DNA of 64,000 bases, from the NCBI GenBank assembly GCA_040386535.1, contig JAZKFH010000055.1, forward strand, positions 1-64,000, in the 5' to 3' direction. Below the pieces are notes generated by a model. It was not told the origin of the DNA. It did no database searches and saw nothing but the letters and a program-made list of their open reading frames with translations. Below, piece after piece: positions 36,078-46,359 of the stretch; position 1 is the stretch's first letter, and every line of letters begins with the position of its first letter. The stretch comes from Myxococcota bacterium (GTDB lineage Bacteria > Myxococcota_A > UBA796 > SXON01). A program made the position numbers and the translations under genes.

Positions 36078-38252
36078 ATGACCGCATCAACCCTCCCGAC
36101 CCCTCCCGCGGCCCCGTCGCCCGCCCCACGCCCGATTATGGCGTCCGCCCGAACCGGCTCCAAGAAGCTCGGGCTTCACGTCACCTGGCGCTACTCCTTC
36201 GTGGGGCCAGGGTCCACGTTGGCGCCAATTCGTGGGTGTGTATGCCTGGACGTAGGGAACGCGCTGCTGGCGGGCGTGTTGGACACCCATGGGGGCGGCA
36301 CGCGGGCGGACAGCACGGCCCAACTCGTCATCGCCCACCCTGAGCTGGTATACGAGCATCTGCTCGGCGCATACCTGGACCGCGCTGATAACGGTGAGGA
36401 CCTCTCCGGTAAGGAGTTCGCGCCCGTCGTGCTCACCCACGTCGCCCCCGATTTTGACGCGGTCGTGGCAACGCTGTTCGTGCAGGCGCTCATCGAGGAC
36501 GGGGAGCTTCCATGGTGGGCCCCGGCGCTGGCGGCGTATGCCGCGGAGGTGGATCAGGGGCGGTATCGCCCGCGGGAGGTGCTGGCGCGGGCAGGGAGGG
36601 AGCCCACCCCGACAGACGTGGCAGCGGCGCTGCTGTCCCCTGTGCATGCCGCCTTCCTGGCCGTCCAGTGGCTCGCGATGGAGGAGAAACGCGACCACGA
36701 ATGGGCGCTCACCAGCGGGCTGGCGCTGGTACGCAGGGTGGCCGAGGCGGTGGCAAAAGAGAAGGCAGGAGCGTTGACGGGGTCGAGCTTCTACGCCTTC
36801 CAACCGGGTGCTGACGCCTGGAAGCGAGACCCCGGAAACGCAAAGCTGTCTACGATGCTGGACGAGGAACCCGGGCGATGGAAGGCGGATTTCGAGGACG
36901 CCGAGAAGCTGGCAATTCCACTACCAGCTACTGATGGCCGGTCCCTCCAAGTCAGCGCGCTGCTCCTCGCGCGCCCTCCCGAGTCGCGACTCAACAAATA
37001 TTGGGCACGAAGCTTCGGGTTTGTGTATTTCGTATGTCCCTATGGAGCCGGGGTTGATGGTTCGAATCCCACCTATCCGAAGGTGGTCCTTTCCTTGGAT
37101 CCGCTATGGGACGACGCGGGAGCGAAGCCAAGTCTGCTCGGCCTTGGCTTCGCGCTGGAGCGCGAGGAGCGAAAACACCGCGAGGCGCAGGGACGCGATG
37201 AGCGCATCCCGATCCCCCGGTATGCGGACGGCTCCTGCGACAACGACGATCCCTGGTACGACGGGCGCGCCCACGGCCACACCATCGTCGACGCTCCCCG
37301 CGAGGGAACCCGGCTTCCCTACTCGAAAGTCCGGGAGATCGCCTGTTCGCCGTTCTGGGAGCCGCCCATCCATGATGTGAGGATTACCGTCGTTCGCCGC
37401 GCATTGGGCGAGACTTTGCCTCCCCTCTCAGGGAGCAAGCTGGACACCCTGCGTGTCGGGGTCCACGAGGTCGTGACACTTACCCAGACGGTGGTGACCC
37501 TCGACGCCCTCGAAAAGTGGCTGACCGTCGCTATCGAGGCCGGCCATTCTCCCATTCGGGTCGCCGCTCGCCACATCAACCCGTTCTGGCCAGTGGACTC
37601 GGTGCTCAACCGGCTGGCCCGCCGCTTCGGCGCTCCGCACGAGCTCGACGCGCAGTCCGTGTATCTGGGGAGTGGGGTCCTGTGGGCGGTGCCGCGGGAA
37701 GGGCAGGTTTCCGGTTCGGCCGCAAAAGAAGCGGCCTTCGCGGAGGTCGCGCGGCTCGACATCCGATTGGAGGAATTCGCCTTGGAGATGCGCCGCGCGG
37801 TCTCCAAACGGCCTGCCAAGGGCGCACGCGACCGGGTGATCGCCCTCAGGAACCTGGCCATGGGGACCGGGAGAGGCTTGGCCCAACTACGCCGAGATTT
37901 CCTCGACTTCCGGGTGAGTAAGCTCGACACCGCGGATGGCGGGAGCTCGCGCTGGGATCCTGCAGCCATCGCGCTGGCAGAGCGGCTGCGGCTGCGCGAG
38001 AGAGCCGAGCACACGAAGGAGAACCTGGACGAACTGGCGGGCATCGAGGGCCAACTCAACCAGAAGGTGTTCGAGGGCCTCGCCGTGCTGATCGGCGTGG
38101 CCGGCGTTGCTCAGACCGTCGCGGCCGTGTTCGCCATGTCCGCGGAGCAGCGGACGTCACCCTTCTGGATGATGTTCTGGGGCTTGACGTTGGTTCCCGT
38201 CCTCATCGCGATCGGGTTGATCTGGCGACGGGACGCGGGCACCGGGGGCTGA
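36078..38252 (+). CDS. DHH-like phosphoesterase domain with two C-terminal TM helices
   Basis: CLDVG...LDTH...LTHVAPDFDA motifs, WYDGRAHGHTIVDAP; C-terminal helical region plus 2 hydrophobic segments. Confidence 0.6.
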   Translation: MTASTLPTPPAAPSPAPRPIMASARTGSKKLGLHVTWRYSFVGPGSTLAPIRGCVCLDVGNALLAGVLDTHGGGTRADSTAQLVIAHPELVYEHLLGAYLDRADNGEDLSGKEFAPVVLTHVAPDFDAVVATLFVQALIEDGELPWWAPALAAYAAEVDQGRYRPREVLARAGREPTPTDVAAALLSPVHAAFLAVQWLAMEEKRDHEWALTSGLALVRRVAEAVAKEKAGALTGSSFYAFQPGADAWKRDPGNAKLSTMLDEEPGRWKADFEDAEKLAIPLPATDGRSLQVSALLLARPPESRLNKYWARSFGFVYFVCPYGAGVDGSNPTYPKVVLSLDPLWDDAGAKPSLLGLGFALEREERKHREAQGRDERIPIPRYADGSCDNDDPWYDGRAHGHTIVDAPREGTRLPYSKVREIACSPFWEPPIHDVRITVVRRALGETLPPLSGSKLDTLRVGVHEVVTLTQTVVTLDALEKWLTVAIEAGHSPIRVAARHINPFWPVDSVLNRLARRFGAPHELDAQSVYLGSGVLWAVPREGQVSGSAAKEAAFAEVARLDIRLEEFALEMRRAVSKRPAKGARDRVIALRNLAMGTGRGLAQLRRDFLDFRVSKLDTADGGSSRWDPAAIALAERLRLRERAEHTKENLDELAGIEGQLNQKVFEGLAVLIGVAGVAQTVAAVFAMSAEQRTSPFWMMFWGLTLVPVLIAIGLIWRRDAGTGG

Positions 38253-38279
38253 AGGGCCATCCCGGTGCACGCGGCTGCG

Positions 38280-41200
38280 TCAGCTCGCTTCCGGAACCTG
38301 CGCTTGCGCGCTGGTGAGGTGCCGGCTCACGTAGGTGCTCAGCTGGATGACGGCGGAGGTCACGCTCCTGGCCACGCCGTCCGTCCCGAGCTCGTCGATT
38401 GTCACGGGAAGGAGCGCCTCGTATCCGAGAGCTTTCCATTCCGAGTCGGCCAGCGGTGTCCACCCGTGGCCGAGCGCGGGATTGCACGACTCGGCGATCT
38501 GTCGGCGTGCCTCGCGATATTCGGGGCCCTTGGTCGCGTGGGTGGAGTAGAAGCCGACCACGACCTTCACCTTCTTCCCATACTTCGAGGTAAACCAAAT
38601 GGAGATCCCGTGGCGGTCGTCCGCGGGGAGCCACAGCTCGCCGTCGTTGTTTTCGACCAGATCGATCTCCTCGGGCGAGCTGATCTCCCGTGGCGCGTAG
38701 TAGAGCTGCTTGGGGAGCCGCTGGCGCAACTGGCGGAGGAGCACTCGGCCGGCTTCGGGCCAGTCAAGCGCGGGCGCGCCCTGGCCAGCAGCGGTGTGTT
38801 CGCTCTCGGCGATGTCCAGCGGGGTGGCGGCCTGCGGAGTGACAAGCTGGGGGGCAGCTGCCGTGGCCGCCAACGGGGGAGCACCAACTGCGGCGCGCAG
38901 CCAGCCCGCGATCGCCACGCACGCTGGGTCGACGCGAAGCATTTCGTCGGCGATATTCGGGAACTGCGCCGCCCCGGAGATCTTGGGGTGTCCCGGTGGC
39001 AGGTGGAGCGCCGCGGCCGCTCCCGCCAAGAGCTCCGAGCGCTCCGTGGGAGGCAGCGTGCTCCAGAATCCGACGTTCAGCACGACACCTCCGCTGGAGT
39101 ATGCGGTCAACAGGGACGGCGACCCCGAAGTCGACTTCAGCGTGAAGCTCCCCGACTGTTGTCCGCGACCCCAGGCCTGCTTCAGCCACGCGCTAGCGAC
39201 CAGGTCGCGACCCACGTTGAAGAGGGTGCGATGAAGCGCGACAAGCGCCGGTGACAACGCCCGTGTCTCCAGTTCGGCGAAATAGGTGCCTTCATCCCAG
39301 GACCGTTTACCCGGCACCTCTCCCTTCTGCAGCGACGCCTCGGACCCGGCGACAGAGGCGGCGTCGTCCACCGCCCGTTCGACGAACCTCTCGGCGAGAA
39401 ACGCGAGCGTGTCCGCATCCCTCAACCTGCACGCCGTGAGCGGCGATGCGAACATCCCTGCCTTCGTGATGGCTTCCTCCGACGGGAAGGTGGTCTGCCA
39501 CCGGATCGCGCGGCCGTACTCCGCCTCGTCCGCATGCACCATGTCGTTCTTGAGCATCGCAAGGCGTGTAGTGGGGCTGATGCTCTGCTGCGATAGCGGC
39601 TGACCATCCTCCGTTACGAACGCGTCTAAGCGGACTGCGGTGCCCGTAACGACGGTGCCTAGCCCGACGTACCCCTTGCCGGACTCGTAGGCGTAGACCG
39701 TATCTCCCGCCTTCAGGTTCTCGGCGCACTTTCGGTATCGGACGGCCCCGCCCGCACACCAAAGCCCATGAGTTCGCATGTCCGGCCAGGAGCGCCCGCC
39801 AGTGTTCAGGTACCAGATGGTTTGCTCTCCCTGGGGGACGGCCGTGAGTGCGGACTCGTCTCCTTCTTCCTCTCGTCCACGAGTCGCCGGGCCCATTGCC
39901 GCGACCGAAGACGCGCCGACGCTCTGGGGAGCGAGCACGCCTTCCTTCGTCCTGGCCTCTTGCGGCGTCCGGAGATTCGGCGCATCATCCCGCGCTTCAA
40001 AGCGCAGGGCCATGGAAATGGGTTTGCCGGCGACGCGGGCCAGCAATTCGACCGCGAGCGCGCAGAGCTTCGAAGCGTTCCAGTTGACGTTTACGTAGCC
40101 TCCCGGCACTGGCTTGTGCGGTTGCTTGAACGGGGTGCGGGAGAGCAGAACGGCGCCGCCGGAAGTTGCGGGTGCGTCGAACGGGAGATGGTACCCGCTT
40201 GCCCCGAGGTACTCAACGGCCGCCGCGAGCACTTCGTTGTAGTGCCTGATGGGAAGAGATGGGGCATCGCCGATCTGCACCGCCTTCAGCGGCGGGCGAT
40301 CGGTGAGATCAACCGGCCAGGCCTCCCAGATGGGGGGCGCAGCGCTCGGAACCGAGCGAGCGGTCTGCCCGTGCTCGGAGGCTTCCGGGCGCCCGGGTGC
40401 AACCTCGGCTTCGGTTGGCGCCGCTGGCCTCCCGATTGGGGGGACCGGGTGTGCCTGAGTCGAGTGCGCCGCGAGGTATCGTCCGTGCATCTCCGATACG
40501 TCTTCTTCGTTCAACCCGAGCAGCGCGCGGATGCCGTCGAGCCGTTCCCGCTCGGCGGAAGAAACCCCCTCGAGGGCGGCGAGGTCTAGGACACGCTCGT
40601 AGACCTCCTTCGCCCGAACCTGGACGGACACAGCCGCTGGGGAGCTGGGGGAGGGGTCCCGCGGCCACGGCGTCGCGTTGTAGTTGAATGGAAAGAGGCG
40701 GTCACCACGACGCTTTCCGGTCAATTTGACGAGGTACTCTCCCTTGTCGAACCACTCGCGAAAGACTGCGGTGACCTTCACCGGATTCTCGTATTGGGCC
40801 TGGCACTCCATTTGGAAGGTACCATCAGTGGCCCGGGTGGCCGGTGCGCCCGGCGTCACCCAGACGTATCTGGTGAGCGTTTCCAGCACCTTGGGGCTGC
40901 TCAAAACCTCGGCCAGCGCCGGAAGCAGAACCCCGGCGATGGCAGTGTTGAGATCGTCGTCCTCCGCAGGGAAGTTCTTCTCGACGGAGTGAGAAACGTG
41001 GTTGCGATAGGCGAGCACGTGCCCGAAGAACTCGTCGAGGCTCAGCTTGCCCTGGTCCTTTTCGGCCAGCTTCGCGGCGAGTCCGCCGACGACCTTGCCA
41101 GGAGGACGGCCAGAGGCGATCTGGTCGGACAGGTAGCACCAGGCGCGCCCGAAGAGCGCTGCCTTGGGGAGCGACTCGGAGGCCACCCTGACACGCATGT

Positions 41201-41531
41201 CGAGGTCGAGCACACCAGCCCCGCGTTCCCCGAAGTCTTGGTCCGCAAGCGCCCGGAGGAGGGTGAGCCAGTGCCCCATGGAGGCCTTGTCGTTCGTGGC
41301 GCGGATGGCCCGCTCCACGGTCTCCACCTTGGCGTCGCTCGCGACGTAGTCCCACCATCCCATCCAGGAGAGGTACTGGAGGGTGACGAAGGACGCCCGC
41401 ATCGCCTGCCAGTTCTTGCGGCGAGCCTCCGTAGCGTTGGTGATCTCTCGAATCTCGACCGCGATCGGCTTGGGAAGAGTTTGCTTGTCGAGGAGCAATT
41501 CAAGCGGATCCGGCTGATCGTCAATGTCCAT
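38280..41531 (-). CDS. Multidomain protein: N-terminal HEPN-like domain followed by several putative nucleic-acid-binding modules (one EVE/PUA-like)
   Basis: SMGHW...AYRNHVSH (Rx4H); WYLNTGGRSWPDMRTHGLWCAGG...LKAGDTVYAYESGKGYVGLG; low-complexity linkers. Start at ATG 41531. Confidence 0.6.
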   Translation of the reverse strand: MDIDDQPDPLELLLDKQTLPKPIAVEIREITNATEARRKNWQAMRASFVTLQYLSWMGWWDYVASDAKVETVERAIRATNDKASMGHWLTLLRALADQDFGERGAGVLDLDMRVRVASESLPKAALFGRAWCYLSDQIASGRPPGKVVGGLAAKLAEKDQGKLSLDEFFGHVLAYRNHVSHSVEKNFPAEDDDLNTAIAGVLLPALAEVLSSPKVLETLTRYVWVTPGAPATRATDGTFQMECQAQYENPVKVTAVFREWFDKGEYLVKLTGKRRGDRLFPFNYNATPWPRDPSPSSPAAVSVQVRAKEVYERVLDLAALEGVSSAERERLDGIRALLGLNEEDVSEMHGRYLAAHSTQAHPVPPIGRPAAPTEAEVAPGRPEASEHGQTARSVPSAAPPIWEAWPVDLTDRPPLKAVQIGDAPSLPIRHYNEVLAAAVEYLGASGYHLPFDAPATSGGAVLLSRTPFKQPHKPVPGGYVNVNWNASKLCALAVELLARVAGKPISMALRFEARDDAPNLRTPQEARTKEGVLAPQSVGASSVAAMGPATRGREEEGDESALTAVPQGEQTIWYLNTGGRSWPDMRTHGLWCAGGAVRYRKCAENLKAGDTVYAYESGKGYVGLGTVVTGTAVRLDAFVTEDGQPLSQQSISPTTRLAMLKNDMVHADEAEYGRAIRWQTTFPSEEAITKAGMFASPLTACRLRDADTLAFLAERFVERAVDDAASVAGSEASLQKGEVPGKRSWDEGTYFAELETRALSPALVALHRTLFNVGRDLVASAWLKQAWGRGQQSGSFTLKSTSGSPSLLTAYSSGGVVLNVGFWSTLPPTERSELLAGAAAALHLPPGHPKISGAAQFPNIADEMLRVDPACVAIAGWLRAAVGAPPLAATAAAPQLVTPQAATPLDIAESEHTAAGQGAPALDWPEAGRVLLRQLRQRLPKQLYYAPREISSPEEIDLVENNDGELWLPADDRHGISIWFTSKYGKKVKVVVGFYSTHATKGPEYREARRQIAESCNPALGHGWTPLADSEWKALGYEALLPVTIDELGTDGVARSVTSAVIQLSTYVSRHLTSAQAQVPEAS

Positions 41532-41607
41532 GCGTCGGCTCTCGGGGGGCGCATGGTAGCACACGGCCTCGACCCCGAAGTTGCGTGTGACCCCGACCCA
41601 GCTGTGC

Positions 41608-43572
41608 TTATCGAACGATGGGCGTGATCCGCACCGGCGCATCCGGCTCCGGGATCGCCATGCCTTCCTCCACCCCCTCCTCCACCCCCAACTCAACGTC
41701 CCCCTCCGCCGGCCCGGCGACCTCCGCCTCCACCGCCGTGACCACCCCCGCCTCCTCCTGCAACCGCAGGATCGTGCCGTCGGCGACCATGGCGCGGAGC
41801 GCATCGTCGACCCGTTGTTTCAACGCCTCGTTACCAAGCTGCATGGCGATGCCGTACCGGTCGCGCGCGATGGGCGGGCCGGTGACACGCCAGCCCTCGG
41901 AGAGCTGGCCGGCCTCGATGGTGTCGAGGACGACAACGTCGGCGCTGCCGGCCTCGACGGCGGCGGTCGCCTTGGCGGTGGATGTGACGTCGACGAGGAT
42001 GCAGGGGGTCGTTGCCACCATGGGCGCATAGATCGCGTGGGCGGCGGCGCAGCGGACGGCGAACCAAGTGGGGTCGGGGTCGGGGCGGTCGCGGGGCACG
42101 AGCGCCCGCACCTCAGGCTCCAGGTAGGGGATCGAGTAGAGCTGCTCGAGCTCGCGTTCGGGCGTGATCGAGATGGCGCCAATTGCGAGGTCGACCTCGC
42201 CGCGGCTGGCCCGGGTACGGACGTTGCCCGCGTGATCGAAGCGCACGCCCTGTTTGCCGAGCCGGCGGGCAAGCTCCTGGGCGAGGCGAACGTCGAAGCC
42301 GGTGGGCTCGGCGCCGGCGGTAAAGTCGAACATCGGCGGGAGCCTGGTCCCGATGGCGACGATCAGCTCGGGATCCTCGCCGGATGCCCGGAAGGGGGAG
42401 ACAGGGCGCGGGGCAACGTCGCGTTCAGCGGCCTCGACGACAGGGGCGGAGGCCGGCCGAGGAGCGTCGTGGCTATCCAACCACACAACCCAACAAATCA
42501 CCGCCGCGAGGGCCAACCCGCCGAGCATCAGCAGCGTGGTGAAGCAGCTCCACAGGGTAGCGAAGAAGCCGCGGCCCTCCCGCTTGGGCGGCGAAGTAGA
42601 CGCGACCGCGGGCACGATCTTGGCCGGCGCCGATGGCGGCGGTGCGGGCGGGGCCGTGGCCCCAGCGCGTGGTGCCTTGGCCGCCGGAGGCGGGATGGGT
42701 GAAGCGGCAGGCTTCATCGGCGCACCCGAGATTCCGAGCGCGAACGCCTCACACCCAGGAAACCGCGCTTCCCGCTTGACCGCCAGCGCGCGCGCGATCG
42801 CCGCCGCCAAGACCGGGTCCGCCGCCACCAACGCCGCGGGCACCGTGACATCGCCCGTCACGATGGCGTTCATCGTGTCGAACTCGTTGTCGCGCGCGAA
42901 CGCGGGAGTCAGCGTCGCGACCTCGAAGAGCACGGCGCCGAGGGAGAACACGTCGGAGCGGGCGTCCACGTCGTGGGCCGAGCGGACCTGCTCCGGGCTC
43001 ATGTACGCGTACGTGCCCATCTGGCCGCCCGCGACCGTCGAGTGGTTGTTGGCCCTCGCAAGCTCGCCGCGCACCTTCGCGACGCCGAAATCCACCACGT
43101 AGGGGAACAACGCGCCGCCCGGTCGCGCCACCAGCAGCACGTTTTCAGGCTTGATGTCCCGGTGCACGACGCCGCGTTCGTGCGCATACGCCATGGCATC
43201 GAGCAGGGGGAGGGCGATGGCCCGGACGGTGACCCCCGTGGGCGGTCCCGATCCGGAGGCCACGCGGGCGGCGATCCAATCCGCGAGCGTGCCACCACGG
43301 ACCAGATCCATGACGATACCGGCGGCGCCGGGCTCGGAGAGGATGTCGGTGACGCGCACGATGTTCGGGTGCTGGAGCTGGGCCTGCACGCGCGCTTCGT
43401 CGAGGAAGCGGCCCCGGATCTCGGGGCTGGTCACCCGTTCGGCACGCAGGAACTTGATGGCGTGCTCGCTCCCGAGCGTGACGTGGCGGGCGCGGTACAC
43501 CTCCGCGAACGCGCCCCCGCCCAGAAGCTCCAGCACCTCGTACGTGCCGTACCTTTCGCCGGGAGCCGGCAC
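41608..43572 (-). CDS. Transmembrane Ser/Thr kinase with an extracytoplasmic family-3 solute-binding domain
   Basis: GGGAFA, AIK, HRDIKPEN, DFG, YMSPEQ; TM helix; PPMFDF...GFDVRLA...DLAIGAISITPERE. Confidence 0.9.
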   Translation of the reverse strand: MPAPGERYGTYEVLELLGGGAFAEVYRARHVTLGSEHAIKFLRAERVTSPEIRGRFLDEARVQAQLQHPNIVRVTDILSEPGAAGIVMDLVRGGTLADWIAARVASGSGPPTGVTVRAIALPLLDAMAYAHERGVVHRDIKPENVLLVARPGGALFPYVVDFGVAKVRGELARANNHSTVAGGQMGTYAYMSPEQVRSAHDVDARSDVFSLGAVLFEVATLTPAFARDNEFDTMNAIVTGDVTVPAALVAADPVLAAAIARALAVKREARFPGCEAFALGISGAPMKPAASPIPPPAAKAPRAGATAPPAPPPSAPAKIVPAVASTSPPKREGRGFFATLWSCFTTLLMLGGLALAAVICWVVWLDSHDAPRPASAPVVEAAERDVAPRPVSPFRASGEDPELIVAIGTRLPPMFDFTAGAEPTGFDVRLAQELARRLGKQGVRFDHAGNVRTRASRGEVDLAIGAISITPERELEQLYSIPYLEPEVRALVPRDRPDPDPTWFAVRCAAAHAIYAPMVATTPCILVDVTSTAKATAAVEAGSADVVVLDTIEAGQLSEGWRVTGPPIARDRYGIAMQLGNEALKQRVDDALRAMVADGTILRLQEEAGVVTAVEAEVAGPAEGDVELGVEEGVEEGMAIPEPDAPVRITPIVR

Positions 43573-46359
43573 CTACGCCCCCAAGAGCCGCAGAACGCCG
43601 CTCTTGTCGGGCCCTTGCGCCAGCACGTCCGCGGGGGTGCACCGGGGACACCCATGGTCACACGGGCACCCCTGGAGCAGGCGCCGCACCCAGACGAGGG
43701 CGTTGTCGACCACGTCGGCGTCGAGGGCCTCGGCCATGCCCATGCCGCCGACGTAACGGTCCACTGCCACGATGCCGGCGGGGAGCTCGCCGTGGAGGCC
43801 AGCGTCGACGGGGATGACGTGGACGTCGTCGTCGCCGGCGAGCAGGTGCACGAGGAGCACATGGTCGAGGCACGCGGCGAGGTGGCGGCGCGCGGGGAGG
43901 GCGGAGGGCTGGGGGAAGAACACGCCGCGTGCCCGGGTGCGGTAGCGGCTGGTGACGGGAGCGTAGGCGACCGAGCCCTCGCCGACGCGGATGCCGGCGA
44001 CGGTCTCCAGCACGTCCACGTCGAACGAGGCGAGCGTGTAGACGCGGCGCTCCCTGCGGACGGTATGGGGGTCCTCGACCACGACGGCGTCGCGCACGGC
44101 CACGGCGAGCGCCGGGCTGGTCATGGCGCGGTCGGGCGCCACGCGGTTGACGTCCACGCGGTTGCGCTTGGCGTCGAAGGCGTGGAGGGGCACCTCGTAC
44201 CGGAGGTCGCAGTCCGCGAACACGCGCTGGGGGTAGAAGCGGGTCTCGACGACCGCGCGATCGCAGCGTCCGAGGAGGCGCCCGTCGTTCCGATCACGGA
44301 TCTCGACCACGTCCTCGGTGACCGTGTCGCGCAGGGTCCCGTCGAGGTCCCCGGTCTGGGCCGGCGCCAGCGCGACGCGCCAGAGGCCTTCGCGCGAGGG
44401 AGTACGTCGCAACACGAAGGCGTCGGCCTCCGCGGTGGGGTGCGCGTACTGGTCGGTGAGGGAGCGGCCGAAGAGCCCGGACAGCGAGTCGATGTCCTGG
44501 CGGCCCTCGCGCAACGCGGCGACGAGGTGGGTACGCGCGAGGTGCGTGTTGGCATAGCCGACGAGGGGGCGCGGCGCGGGGAGGCGGCCCTGGGCGGCGG
44601 AGGCGCGCAGGTTGTCGGGCCCGGTGAGGAGCCGGGTGATGGGGCTCGTGGGCCAGGCCCAGAGCGCGTGGTGGGTGCCGCCGTGTTCGAGGGGGAGGCG
44701 GTTCGCCAAGGTGCGCCACGCGCCGACGAGCCAGGTCTCGTCAAGCTGGCTGATGGATGCGTCCCCGCCGAGCGTGGCGCCACGATGCAGGCGTACGTCG
44801 GCCCCCCATACCTGCACGCCGGCGTCGAACGCGCCGGTGGGATCGCCCACGGCGACGGCGAGCGCGCGCTGGGCGAGAGGCTCGGCGGCGCGGCGGGGCC
44901 AGGGGTCCCCTGGCTTCGTGACGAAGCGCTCGGCGGCGGGCCAGACCTTCACGGCCGCGGAGGAGCGGGGCGCGAACGGGACGGCGGAGACGCGGATGGG
45001 GGGGAAGAGCCTCTCCACGAGGCCGATGGTGCCCGAGCCGCCGAGGCCGGTAGCGAGGACCGAGAAGCGCGCGCCGGCGGCGCCAAGCGCAAGCGCGAGA
45101 CGACGGAGCGTGAAGAAGCGGTGGGTGGCGACGAGTGGCGAGCCGCGGTCGACCTGGGAGAGGACGACGAGGCCGACGGTGCGTGCCCACGGGACGCCGT
45201 CGCCGACGGTGCTGTTCCAGAGGGCGCGGATGCCACGCGAGGAGAGCTCGTTCGTGTCGAGGAACGCCACGGCTGGCATGCGGCGCTGGCCGAGGGCGAG
45301 CCGGAGTTCCTCCTCGCCGACGACGAGCGGACCGCCGCTCCAAGCGCCGCTCAGCACGAGGGCCGCAGCGACCGTTTCGCGGAGGACGCGTGGCTGCTCA
45401 GTTACGACGAGGCAGGGGATGCCGGCGCCCTGGGCCGCGAGGAGGATGCTCGCCGCGAGGAAGGTGGCCTCGGTGGGATCGGGGAGATCGCCCACGAGCC
45501 AGCCCTGGCCGGGCTTGTCCGCGAGGCGCGCGATCTGCTCCAGCGCGAGCGGGGGCGCTCCGATGGCGCCGACGTGCCGCCACGCGTCGGCCGCGAAGCC
45601 GGGCCCGCCGGCGCCGCGGACGGCGGGGATCTCCATGAGGGGAGGTGCGGCTACGTCGAGCGCTCCTCGCTCGCGCCAAAGCGCCGGGATGTCGACGCGG
45701 TCGGGGCGGAACGCCTCGACCTCGGCTTCAGGTGCGGCGGCTGGGGGGAGGGCGCGTCCGGCCAGGGTCCAGATGGCGAGGCAGGCCATCGCGACGGGGA
45801 GGAGGGCCGCGCCGTCGAGCAGGACGCGTGTGGCGGGCTGGATCTGGCCGACGACGTAGGCGTGGTCGAGCCCGAGGAGGGTGAGGAGCGTCGCGACGAC
45901 GACGACGATCCCGGCCGGCCCGGCGAGGGGGATGCGGAAGGCGGGCCGGCCCTCGTCCCCGCGGAGCCGGAAGGCGGCGATGGCCGCGAAAGGGACGACA
46001 AGCGAGCCATTGAACGCCGCGAGCGGAAAGACGAGGTCGGCGGGGAGCGTCCTGGTGAGATCGAGGGCCACCGGCGCGCCGGGAACCGCGGGGACCGCGA
46101 CCGGCCCGTTCACCCAGGCGGCGAAGGACACGATCCACGCGGCGGGATCGGCGCCGGAGCCGGTCACGAGCCCGAGGAGCCGGGCGAGGACGGCCCACCC
46201 GAGGAGCACGGGGACGGCCCAGCCGAGGGCGATGGCGGCGCGGCGGGCGCGGGTGCCCGGGCCGACAATCAGCATCGCCGTGAGCCACGCGAGCAACGGC
46301 CCGCCGATCGCTATCAGGCCGAGCAGGGCCTTGCCCCAGCCGGGGAGGGAGAAGGCCAT
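43573..46359 (-). CDS. Multi-TM protein with a degenerate SF2 helicase-like body and a DUF1998-type Zn C-terminus
   Basis: About 6 N-terminal TM segments; C-terminal DRYVGGMG...CPCDHGCPRC...DKSG; no intact Walker A or DEAH. Confidence 0.7.
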   Translation of the reverse strand: MAFSLPGWGKALLGLIAIGGPLLAWLTAMLIVGPGTRARRAAIALGWAVPVLLGWAVLARLLGLVTGSGADPAAWIVSFAAWVNGPVAVPAVPGAPVALDLTRTLPADLVFPLAAFNGSLVVPFAAIAAFRLRGDEGRPAFRIPLAGPAGIVVVVATLLTLLGLDHAYVVGQIQPATRVLLDGAALLPVAMACLAIWTLAGRALPPAAAPEAEVEAFRPDRVDIPALWRERGALDVAAPPLMEIPAVRGAGGPGFAADAWRHVGAIGAPPLALEQIARLADKPGQGWLVGDLPDPTEATFLAASILLAAQGAGIPCLVVTEQPRVLRETVAAALVLSGAWSGGPLVVGEEELRLALGQRRMPAVAFLDTNELSSRGIRALWNSTVGDGVPWARTVGLVVLSQVDRGSPLVATHRFFTLRRLALALGAAGARFSVLATGLGGSGTIGLVERLFPPIRVSAVPFAPRSSAAVKVWPAAERFVTKPGDPWPRRAAEPLAQRALAVAVGDPTGAFDAGVQVWGADVRLHRGATLGGDASISQLDETWLVGAWRTLANRLPLEHGGTHHALWAWPTSPITRLLTGPDNLRASAAQGRLPAPRPLVGYANTHLARTHLVAALREGRQDIDSLSGLFGRSLTDQYAHPTAEADAFVLRRTPSREGLWRVALAPAQTGDLDGTLRDTVTEDVVEIRDRNDGRLLGRCDRAVVETRFYPQRVFADCDLRYEVPLHAFDAKRNRVDVNRVAPDRAMTSPALAVAVRDAVVVEDPHTVRRERRVYTLASFDVDVLETVAGIRVGEGSVAYAPVTSRYRTRARGVFFPQPSALPARRHLAACLDHVLLVHLLAGDDDVHVIPVDAGLHGELPAGIVAVDRYVGGMGMAEALDADVVDNALVWVRRLLQGCPCDHGCPRCTPADVLAQGPDKSGVLRLLGA

